A stretch of 14,271 bases of DNA from Chlamydiota bacterium (GTDB taxonomy: Bacteria; Chlamydiota; Chlamydiia; Chlamydiales; SM23-39), in assembly GCA_038534095.1 (NCBI GenBank), contig JBCAXK010000008.1, forward strand, positions 33,836 to 48,106. The letters are read 5' to 3'. Position 1 is the first letter of the stretch, and every line of letters starts with the position of its first letter. The notes beneath the pieces are model-generated. The model worked only from the letters and a program-made list of their open reading frames with translations, made no database searches and was not told where the DNA came from. Positions 7,316 to 14,271 of the stretch are shown piece by piece. A program made the translations under genes and the position numbers.

Positions 7316-9051
7316 AATGTTTGCCCTATACTAATGTACATTTTGTAGGAGTCTTGATCCTTTTTTCGCTTTTGTAAAGGGAAGCCTACATCTAAGCGGA
7401 GAGGTCCAAAAAACAGAAAATACCTTAGCCCCATTCCTACAGAGCTAAACCATTTTCCCTTGACTTGAGGAAACGAGTTTAAGCCCACTTTTCCAATATC
7501 AAAAAAGGGGACAAGACCAATGCGATCACTCACACGAAAACGTAATTCAAAACTCCCATACAAAGCCGATTTCCCTCCTATTGGATTCCCATCTTCATTT
7601 AGGGGGCTGACTGTTTTATACCGGTAGCCGCGTAAATTGTCATCTGAACCGCCTAAAAATCGCTTGTTGAAAGGAATCTTATCCAAAGAAGTGCCTAAAA
7701 TCGATCCTATTTGCCCCCTGATTGCCAAAATAAGTAAGCGCTTAGGAGCAATTGGCCAATAAGAGCTAAGACTAAACACCTGCTTGATGAAACTGCCAGA
7801 TCTTTTCGATAGAGCAAGATAGGGAGCGACTTTATAGACCGCTCCGAGACCTTTGGTCGGATTCAGTAAATTGTCTACTTTTCTATAACGCAGGTTCGCA
7901 GGTAGAGCGAGAAGGGAAAAGCTCCCATTCGAAACGCTTTGACGAATGTTGATGTATTCATAGGCTAAACCTATCGAATAAAACAAGCGGGGGGTGATCG
8001 TCCTTTCAATTCTTTGTAATAGTTCGTAAGTCCTCGCTAAATAGGGCGTGATGTCCTCCTGAGAAGCTTCTGCTTTTGCAAAATAGACCTGGTCCATCCG
8101 GTAAAAGTCAGGAATAGTATAGCTTGCGCTACCAACGCTGTATGTTTTTGAAGCTTCTACGCTAAGAGCTAAGGTTTGTCCTTCTTCAAAGACGTTCCGA
8201 TTATTCCATCCAAAAGATCCTCCAGGGCCATCGAGCGTTGCGTAGGAAATGCCTAGGGTGACGTTTTTGTGTTTGGCTTCAGCAATTTCAAGCTTCAGAG
8301 GCAGTTCCCCCTCTTCATCGAGCGTTTCTTGATGGGAAAAAAGGACCGAATTGAAAAGGCCCGTATCGATCAAGGTTTTTTGTGAGTGTTCAACAAGCGT
8401 TTCGTTGTACCAATCCCCCTCGTCAAATGCGAGTTTCCGAATGACAAAATCGGGATGTACGGTTTTCAGCCCTTCGATCAGCAGAGGACCAAAACGGGTT
8501 TTGGGGCCGCTTTTTACCCGAAAGACTCCTGCAAGTGATTTTTCCTCCTGGTTCAGGAGGTAAGATTCTTCCTCAATGGAAGCAAGAGGGTAGCTATGAT
8601 TGGCTAAAAATTGGAGGAGATTTTTGGGGATGGCGAGCACCTCGTCCGATTCGATAAAAGCGTCTTTCTTGACACCAATTTTTCTAAGAGGGATGGGAGG
8701 CTTGCCAGCAGGGTCGAGATACTCTAGAGAAAAATTGCCAACTGTATACCGTATTCCTGGATAAATGGTTAGAATCACTCTGGCTAGGTTGGAGTCTTCC
8801 TCGATTTGCCAGGTGATCTTTGCGTCGTAGTAGCCATACGCTTGTAAGACTCGAAGCATGTTTGGCAGGTCAGAAGTGGCTCGCGCATTTAGCGCCCGGA
8901 TGGAAGCGGGGGGTCTTTTTTTGAGTAGAATGAGCTCGGAGCTTTTTTCTAAAGCTTGTTGCACTTCTTTTTGTTCTATTCCTAAAAACTGGACTTCATA
9001 GTTGATGGCACAAAGAGCGCAGGGAATAGAAAAAATTAGATACCATCTCAT
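7312..9051 (-). CDS. tamA: Omp85-family outer-membrane protein, TamA-type (POTRA domains + beta-barrel), 579 aa
   Basis: Short N-terminal signal peptide-like segment; POTRA signatures (LQAYGYYDA, LANHSYPLA, LIDTGLFNSV); Omp85 lid-loop motif RFLGGSDDNLRGY; GLRYFLFFGPLRLDVGFPL; C-terminal beta-signal YISIGQTF. Length fits three-POTRA TamA rather than the longer five-POTRA BamA. Adjacent to tamB. Confidence 0.88.
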   Translation of the reverse strand: MRWYLIFSIPCALCAINYEVQFLGIEQKEVQQALEKSSELILLKKRPPASIRALNARATSDLPNMLRVLQAYGYYDAKITWQIEEDSNLARVILTIYPGIRYTVGNFSLEYLDPAGKPPIPLRKIGVKKDAFIESDEVLAIPKNLLQFLANHSYPLASIEEESYLLNQEEKSLAGVFRVKSGPKTRFGPLLIEGLKTVHPDFVIRKLAFDEGDWYNETLVEHSQKTLIDTGLFNSVLFSHQETLDEEGELPLKLEIAEAKHKNVTLGISYATLDGPGGSFGWNNRNVFEEGQTLALSVEASKTYSVGSASYTIPDFYRMDQVYFAKAEASQEDITPYLARTYELLQRIERTITPRLFYSIGLAYEYINIRQSVSNGSFSLLALPANLRYRKVDNLLNPTKGLGAVYKVAPYLALSKRSGSFIKQVFSLSSYWPIAPKRLLILAIRGQIGSILGTSLDKIPFNKRFLGGSDDNLRGYRYKTVSPLNEDGNPIGGKSALYGSFELRFRVSDRIGLVPFFDIGKVGLNSFPQVKGKWFSSVGMGLRYFLFFGPLRLDVGFPLQKRKKDQDSYKMYISIGQTF

Positions 9052-9120
9052 TTAATAGAGAATCCCTTCCATTTATTTTGGATCTTCCTATAATCACTTT
9101 TTATTGGGAAGGTCTTTAAT
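9052..9120. promoter_or_regulatory. 69-bp divergent control region between tamA and hemL, with a consensus -10 (TATAAT 9089-9094, + strand)
   Basis: Perfect TATAAT 26 nt before the hemL ATG; the -35 is poor (TTCCAT at 16-bp spacing). GGAAGG SD-like hexamers face both genes (9107-9112 on +, 9065-9070 on -). Confidence 0.5.
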
Positions 9121-10410
9121 ATGACGCAGGTTTGCGAACACCATCAAACGTTATTTTCTAGGGCAAACAAGGTGATTCCTGGGGGAGTGAACTCGCCTAT
9201 TCGGGCCTGGAAACAAGTAGAAACCATGCCTTTTGTGCCGATCAAGGGAGAAGGAGATACGATCACCGATCTTCAAGGGAACACCTACATTGATTATTGT
9301 ATGAGCTTTGGCGCTCTAATTTTAGGGCACGCTCCTCAAAAACCTTTACAGGCAGCTTTTGCAGCGATGCAGAACGGATCTACCTATGGGTTGACAACAG
9401 AAATAGAGGTTCTCATCGCAGAGGAGATCGCAAAACGCACTTTTTGTGATCAGGTTCGTTTCGTCTCCTCGGGGACTGAAGCGTTATCCACGATGATCCG
9501 TTTAGCGAGAGGGTTTACGCAAAAAAACCTGATTGTCAAGTTCGATGGAAACTATCATGGCCACATCGATGCGTTATTAGAAGATGCGGGATCTTACGCA
9601 GAAGAGATCAAAACGGGCAAAGGTTCTTCTGGAGTCACGGTATCTTCTGTTCGGGATACGATCTCTCTTCCCTACAACGACGAGGCGGCTGTTTCTGCCC
9701 TTTTTTCCCGTCCAGATATTGCTTCAAATATTGCCCTTGTTCTCTTAGAACCTGTGGCTGGTAATATGGGCGTTGTACCGGCAAGTCGCCGATTTTTAGA
9801 GCTTCTTCGGGAAAAAACGGAGGCTGTTGGAGCGCTCCTTGGCTTTGATGAAGTGATCTCTGGTTTTCGCGTGCATCCTGAGGGAGCCTGCGGCCTCTAC
9901 CAAATCGATCCCGATCTTGTTGCTTATGGGAAAATTGTAGGGGGGGGATTCCCTGCAGCTTGTATTGGGGGAAGAAAAGAGATCATGGAGTCTTTAGCCC
10001 CTTTAGGAAACGTGTTCCAAGCAGGGACCCTTTCTGGTAATCCGGTAGCGCTTGCTGCTGGATTTGCCGCTTTGCAAGAACTCCAAGAAAACGTGTATCA
10101 AGAGCTTGCAAGAAAAACGGCTCTTCTATTGGATCCCATCGAAAAGGCCCTTGAGAAAACGCCGCATAGTTTGCAAAAGGTGGGCTCAATGTTTTCCTTC
10201 TTTTTTTATGAAAAAGCTCCCCAAACAAGGCCCCAGTTTTCCCCTGAAAGCCGCGCTCTTTTTCAGAAGCTTTTTCGTATGCTACTAAAAGAGGGGGTCT
10301 ATTTTGCTCCTGCGATCACAGAAGCGCAGTTCATCAGCGCAGCGCATACAGATGAGCATCTCCTGAAAACTCGTGAGATTCTTTTACGGTTTTTTCGTGA
10401 TCAATCCTAA
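9121..10410 (+). CDS. hemL: Glutamate-1-semialdehyde 2,1-aminomutase (class III PLP aminotransferase, C5 tetrapyrrole pathway)
   Basis: Diagnostic motifs PGGVNSPIRA, YIDYCMSFGALILGHA, RFVSSGTEA, KFDGNYHGH, EPVAGNMG, FDEVISGFR, GKIVGGGFP (PLP lysine), QAGTLSGNP; 429 aa is the typical length. Confidence 0.97.
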   Translation: MTQVCEHHQTLFSRANKVIPGGVNSPIRAWKQVETMPFVPIKGEGDTITDLQGNTYIDYCMSFGALILGHAPQKPLQAAFAAMQNGSTYGLTTEIEVLIAEEIAKRTFCDQVRFVSSGTEALSTMIRLARGFTQKNLIVKFDGNYHGHIDALLEDAGSYAEEIKTGKGSSGVTVSSVRDTISLPYNDEAAVSALFSRPDIASNIALVLLEPVAGNMGVVPASRRFLELLREKTEAVGALLGFDEVISGFRVHPEGACGLYQIDPDLVAYGKIVGGGFPAACIGGRKEIMESLAPLGNVFQAGTLSGNPVALAAGFAALQELQENVYQELARKTALLLDPIEKALEKTPHSLQKVGSMFSFFFYEKAPQTRPQFSPESRALFQKLFRMLLKEGVYFAPAITEAQFISAAHTDEHLLKTREILLRFFRDQS

Positions 10411-10422
10411 TGGGTAGACTTT

Positions 10423-12087
10423 CTAATCCCCGAGCGTATTAGAGTGTTTCTGGTCTAATCCATCTTTTTCGGGGCTTTGTACGATTTTTTTGTGCTCTTG
10501 TGCTACCTTTTCTTCATTACGTGTTTTTTCGATTTCTTTTGACTGTTTTTTGCAACAATACCTAAGCGCATACAATTGTAGAGCAACCATCAGCAATACA
10601 AGAGCGTTTTTCTCGGTTTTGGAGTGGTTTTCTAATAGGTGTTCCGCAAACCCTGAGTTAGCAGCAAGAATATCGCGTGGAATTTCTGCGATTATATTCA
10701 GAGCAATGTGGCAAGCCATACAACCCATGAGATAGGTTGCCATGCCGTTAAGAGCCCAGCCTCGAGCTCCTTCTTGTGAGATCGGATTTTCTTGTGGACC
10801 ATTCTGTGGCAATAGAGTAAGTTTCGATCGTAAAGCGCTCAATAGATGACCAATCAATGAAGGCATCATATAGATCAGACTAAGAGGAGTGATGATCTTC
10901 CAATAATCGAAGAGAAACTCGATAGAGCCGCGTGCGATATTTTCTAACACCCACTCGTAATACTCCTGATCTTTTTTTTGAATGAATGGCTGAAATCTTG
11001 GAAATAGTCGTTGGCTCTGAAAGACTTTCTCTTCAGCAGCGCCGATAGCGCGAGGAATTCTGCTTAGAATACGCAAGGGATAGGTATAGTTATGCAATTG
11101 TTCTCCTAACTGATTGCCTAGCTTTTGATATAAAAAGCTCAGTTGGGAAAATAATGCGCTAGCCTCTGTTTGTTGTCCTTTTTCGCGCAAAAGATGCAAC
11201 ATACTGAGCGGAGAAAACGGTTCAATCAAAGTTTTCTCGATATCGGTTGGGTAACAAATCTTGTGGCTTATCGCAAGACCCGCCTTATTTACGATGTTTT
11301 CTGTAATGCCTCCAGGCAAAGGGGGAATTTCAGGGTGATGGGGGGCGTTTCTGTAGAGAAAGTAGGAGCCTGCTGCAAGCGCAGCAGTAACTCCGGCAGC
11401 TCCGTAGAGAAGATACGAGGATTTTTCAGTTTCCTCTTGTTCTCGCTTTTGAGAGATCTTCTGAGCAGGTTTTTTTTCGGAAGGATCGATGGTAGATTCC
11501 CTTGCACCTAGTACATTTTGTTTGGGAGAACTAGAGGCTTTTTTTTCATGAGCTACAGAGCCTGCGAGATGCTTTTGGGTAGATAGATCGTTTTCCCTGC
11601 TGATGGACGGGCTTTGCCTACTCTCCGGCGCTTTGCCTTTTGGAGGGTTAGAGACGGTGTTTTCCAAGCGTTTTTCTATCGGCGCTCTTCGGTTATGAAC
11701 GCTAGGATGTTTCACAGGGCGCTTTGCGGGGCGCTTAGTAGAAGAATGAGCAGCTGCCCCTTGAAAAGTGGCAGCAGGATTTTCTACAAGCTTTTTCCCA
11801 GTTGTTTCTTTTTGAAACTGGTGCCGTAGTTTTTTTGGATCTTTACGGGTTACGGTTTTCCAAGCATAAAGAGCTCCATCCATCATGATTGTGAATACAC
11901 AAGGCAGGGATAGCAAAGCCTGTAATACTAGTGCGCTCACCTTCATTGTCACCCCAAATAAAGAGCTTTTTCTAGAAATCGGGGCAAAAGTGCCCAACAT
12001 GTGGGCGCAGCGCTTTTGGTAAGAGGTTGTGATGGGCAGTAGCTCACAAGTAGATTGCCCATAAAAAAATGTGGTTACTGATTGCAT
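10423..12087 (-). CDS. Hypothetical membrane protein, 554 aa, several hydrophobic segments and a basic disordered linker; inclusion-membrane (Inc)-like candidate
   Basis: ATG 12087 with GGGAG (12096-12100) 8 nt upstream. Hydrophobic stretches at aa 43-76, YLLYGAAGVTAALAAGSYFLY, IITPLSLIYMMPSLIGHLLSAL, WALNGMATYLMGCMACHIALNIIA and ALVLLMVALQLYAL; charged tail ending DGLDQKHSNTLGD. Confidence 0.85.
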   Translation of the reverse strand: MQSVTTFFYGQSTCELLPITTSYQKRCAHMLGTFAPISRKSSLFGVTMKVSALVLQALLSLPCVFTIMMDGALYAWKTVTRKDPKKLRHQFQKETTGKKLVENPAATFQGAAAHSSTKRPAKRPVKHPSVHNRRAPIEKRLENTVSNPPKGKAPESRQSPSISRENDLSTQKHLAGSVAHEKKASSSPKQNVLGARESTIDPSEKKPAQKISQKREQEETEKSSYLLYGAAGVTAALAAGSYFLYRNAPHHPEIPPLPGGITENIVNKAGLAISHKICYPTDIEKTLIEPFSPLSMLHLLREKGQQTEASALFSQLSFLYQKLGNQLGEQLHNYTYPLRILSRIPRAIGAAEEKVFQSQRLFPRFQPFIQKKDQEYYEWVLENIARGSIEFLFDYWKIITPLSLIYMMPSLIGHLLSALRSKLTLLPQNGPQENPISQEGARGWALNGMATYLMGCMACHIALNIIAEIPRDILAANSGFAEHLLENHSKTEKNALVLLMVALQLYALRYCCKKQSKEIEKTRNEEKVAQEHKKIVQSPEKDGLDQKHSNTLGD

Positions 12088-12106
12088 TCGTACATCTCCC
12101 TATTCA

Positions 12107-12156
12107 AGCAAGAAAAACAGCGCGCGTTTCTTGCCTATGTAATACTTTTTCTTGCT
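12107..12156. repeat. GCAAGAAA repeat cluster (one copy on +, two on -) just upstream of the RBS of the 554-aa ORF
   Basis: AGCAAGAAAAA (12107-12117) is the perfect 11-bp reverse complement of TTTTTCTTGCT (12146-12156) and also pairs over 8 bp with TTTCTTGC (12127-12134). Confidence 0.6.
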
Positions 12157-12475
12157 CGCTCAAACGTGTTTTTCAGATTCTATCCAATACCCAAGTGTTT
12201 GCTCGCCGAGTAGGGTAGATTGCATGTTCCTGAAGTGATTAGAAAACTAGAACTGAAAAAAGACAATAAGCCTAGTAGATCTGTTTGAGTATCTTTTAAC
12301 GAAAGCCCAATAACGAGCTTTTCTCTCCTAATTGGGTGAATAATGTCTCCACTTTTTTGTTTAGCCAATGGAAGGTTAGAATACGTTTTCAGGTGTCACG
12401 TCTTGCTCGCATGATTTCGAGCGCCCAAACCGACGTATTTTCAGAGGCGTTAAAAATGTTTTTTCACTAAGAGAA

Positions 12476-14271
12476 TCAACCCCCGTGCTTGCGATCTAGT
12501 CCATCTGCCTTGATCTCTTTCTCATTTTGTTGTTCTTGCATCACTTCCATAACAAGTTGTTTAATGACACTTTGTCTTTCTTGCGGTTTCTTTGCTTTGT
12601 AATATGCATTAGGATTTAGGATGGTAGGATGTTGCAATGCCTTTTTCAGCTTGAGATTTTCTTTTCCTGAGTGATCCGTTTTTGCAGCGACTATTTTTGT
12701 TTTTCCAAAATACATCGAATAGAGTAGAAGCGTACCCAATACATATGGAGTGATAGAAGCAACGCTAGTTTCTGTTGCATTTAAGGTAGAGCACTTTAAC
12801 CACTCATAATCTAACACGCTAGATTGCGACTCAGTAGCCGTTTGATGAGAGCAAAAATAGCTATTCGCTAGTGAAGAAACTACCCCAGTAAAAGAAAACA
12901 GCCCAAAGACAGTAGCGATCTTCGGAGATGTAAAGGGCAAATGCATGGAGCCATGTAAAGTCTTTTCGATCCCTTGTCCGATGAATTTCCCTGCGTAGTG
13001 GGCTAATCCCATGTTACATAGTTTGAGCCATTGATTGTTGACGAAAGTGCGCAAAGTAGCTAGGGTACTTGCGCCTCCGGCCAAGCAAGTGCCAGCGCTT
13101 ATTAGAAAGAGTTGATCAGGCATACTTCCCTTATCAGGATATAGCATGGTCGCACTTAAACCACTTAACAGGGTGATAGCTACTGAGTATTTCAATGTAT
13201 CAAGTGTGGTCCAAGGGGTTGTGTTTTTGATCTCAAGCCCTTTTGCTACTTTTTTTAAGAGCGCTTCGAAGTCTTTAGGTATGTGGATGTGTGATGCAAA
13301 TAGGTTGTTCTTTTTAAACGCTTGTATTTGTTCTGTTACAGCGAAGGCTAGATTGATTGCAACTCGATTATTGCCTGCTGTCACTTGCTTATCCATTTCG
13401 TCGATGATAGGTGCAATCAGTTTTGTGACACATAGATTGAACAGTGAAATATAGCGATACATATTGTTTTTATCGTTTAAACACTGTTTGCAATAGCTAT
13501 AATAAACATGGAATACTTTATGTAAAAGCAACGTTCCTTCCACATCTTGTTTATGTAGCTTACCCAATAATTGGATGGTTTTTTTCTCTAAGCAATCTAG
13601 AGAAGCTTTGAACGTGTCTGCCCCGCTAGTAGGAAGCATGTTCTTAATTGCGCGAATAGAGTTTTTCGTTTGGTTTTTTACTATTGATTCATTGATAGCA
13701 AGATTGGTTTGATTTTTGTACTGCTCAGCAAAGTTGATGAATTCCGCGTAGTTTTTATATTTCGCTAGTTCTTCTTTGTATTTAACTACCTCTTCACTTA
13801 CCGAAGGGGTATCTTTGTTTAGTTTTGACGCTTCTCTGGACTTTTTTGCTAGCTCGTCTGTTTTTTCCGATAAATGTTTCGTTGCTTGTTTGAGAGCAGA
13901 AGTGGTCTGATTTAACTGGTTTTGTGTTGTTGTTAATAAATCCTCGGTTTTTTTTAGCTCTTGTTTTGCCTTCGTAGAATCGGTTTTTACTGTTCTTAAT
14001 TCTTCTGCTAATCGCTCTTTTTGTTGTTGCAGCTTCCTTATTTGATCACTGTCAGCCGCTTTTGTTGAGGCGAGCTTTTGCTTCAATGTAGACAGAGCGT
14101 TTCCTTTTTGCTTTAGGAGGGTATCTAAACGAATTAAACCCGATTGATGATTCTTGAGCTCTTCCCTTAATTTTTCTATTTTTTGTTGCGCGGAGGCTTT
14201 TTCGCTAGATAGCTGTTCTTGCATTTGCGCAATTTCTGATCGGACATGAAGAGCGTCCACTTTTGCTTTTT
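12476..14271 (-). CDS. Hypothetical protein, probably 5'-partial (>=597 aa): long N-terminal coiled coil, helical middle, about four C-terminal TM segments; Inc/IncA-like architecture
   Basis: The frame stays open from the track's GTG (14260) to the window end (AAA GCA AAA GTG), so the true start probably lies outside. Q/K/E/L heptad-rich region for about the first 170 aa; hydrophobic segments between 13189 and 12704; tail ending DGLDRKHGG. Confidence 0.88.
   Translation of the reverse strand, partial: KAKVDALHVRSEIAQMQEQLSSEKASAQQKIEKLREELKNHQSGLIRLDTLLKQKGNALSTLKQKLASTKAADSDQIRKLQQQKERLAEELRTVKTDSTKAKQELKKTEDLLTTTQNQLNQTTSALKQATKHLSEKTDELAKKSREASKLNKDTPSVSEEVVKYKEELAKYKNYAEFINFAEQYKNQTNLAINESIVKNQTKNSIRAIKNMLPTSGADTFKASLDCLEKKTIQLLGKLHKQDVEGTLLLHKVFHVYYSYCKQCLNDKNNMYRYISLFNLCVTKLIAPIIDEMDKQVTAGNNRVAINLAFAVTEQIQAFKKNNLFASHIHIPKDFEALLKKVAKGLEIKNTTPWTTLDTLKYSVAITLLSGLSATMLYPDKGSMPDQLFLISAGTCLAGGASTLATLRTFVNNQWLKLCNMGLAHYAGKFIGQGIEKTLHGSMHLPFTSPKIATVFGLFSFTGVVSSLANSYFCSHQTATESQSSVLDYEWLKCSTLNATETSVASITPYVLGTLLLYSMYFGKTKIVAAKTDHSGKENLKLKKALQHPTILNPNAYYKAKKPQERQSVIKQLVMEVMQEQQNEKEIKADGLDRKHGG

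Noticed and set aside
2724..8563. Short ORFs (64-106 aa) nested in or antisense to the 864-aa gene, tamB and tamA
   Set aside because: They overlap well-supported long genes and show no recognisable motifs; expected shadow ORFs.
7312..9051. Calling the Omp85 gene bamA or lipoprotein TamL
   Set aside because: Too short for five POTRA domains and coupled to tamB; the two N-terminal cysteines (IPCALCA) do not form a convincing lipobox.
12180..12368. 62-aa minus-strand ORF between the two membrane-protein genes
   Set aside because: TTG start without an SD, bounded by an in-frame stop a few codons upstream, and no recognisable motif; a small protein or gene remnant cannot be fully excluded.
9983..13454. 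Short ORFs overlapping hemL and the two right-hand orphans
   Set aside because: Nested or antisense to longer supported CDSs, with no independent evidence.
14258..14260. GTG at 14260 as the true start of the last ORF
   Set aside because: The frame is open to the window end, no SD is visible, and the protein begins mid coiled coil.
1..14271. CRISPR array, tRNA/rRNA, IS/transposase, integrase, toxin-antitoxin or defence genes
   Set aside because: No regularly spaced repeats, cloverleaf or rRNA signatures, terminal inverted repeats with target duplications, or matching catalytic motifs were seen.

Overview
This 14.3-kb bacterial window has a conserved core: a minus-strand tamA-tamB pair (Omp85 barrel plus DUF490 partner) divergent from hemL. 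Four large minus-strand orphan ORFs flank it. On the left are a Ser/Thr/Pro/acidic disordered protein that runs off the edge (missing from the supplied ORF track) and an 864-aa helical protein with a C-terminal bipartite NLS-like motif. On the right are two adjacent multi-pass membrane proteins (554 aa, and >=597 aa with a long coiled coil) whose tails share the motif DGLD[QR]KH. The HemL sequence style and the Inc/effector-like orphans suggest an intracellular bacterium, probably an environmental Chlamydiota; this is inference, not a search result. I saw no rRNA, tRNA, CRISPR array or mobile element. The best leads are the shared DGLDxKH tail, the NLS-bearing orphan whose RBS/start sits in a 26-nt hairpin, and a GCA[AC]GAAA-type DNA motif upstream of three orphans.
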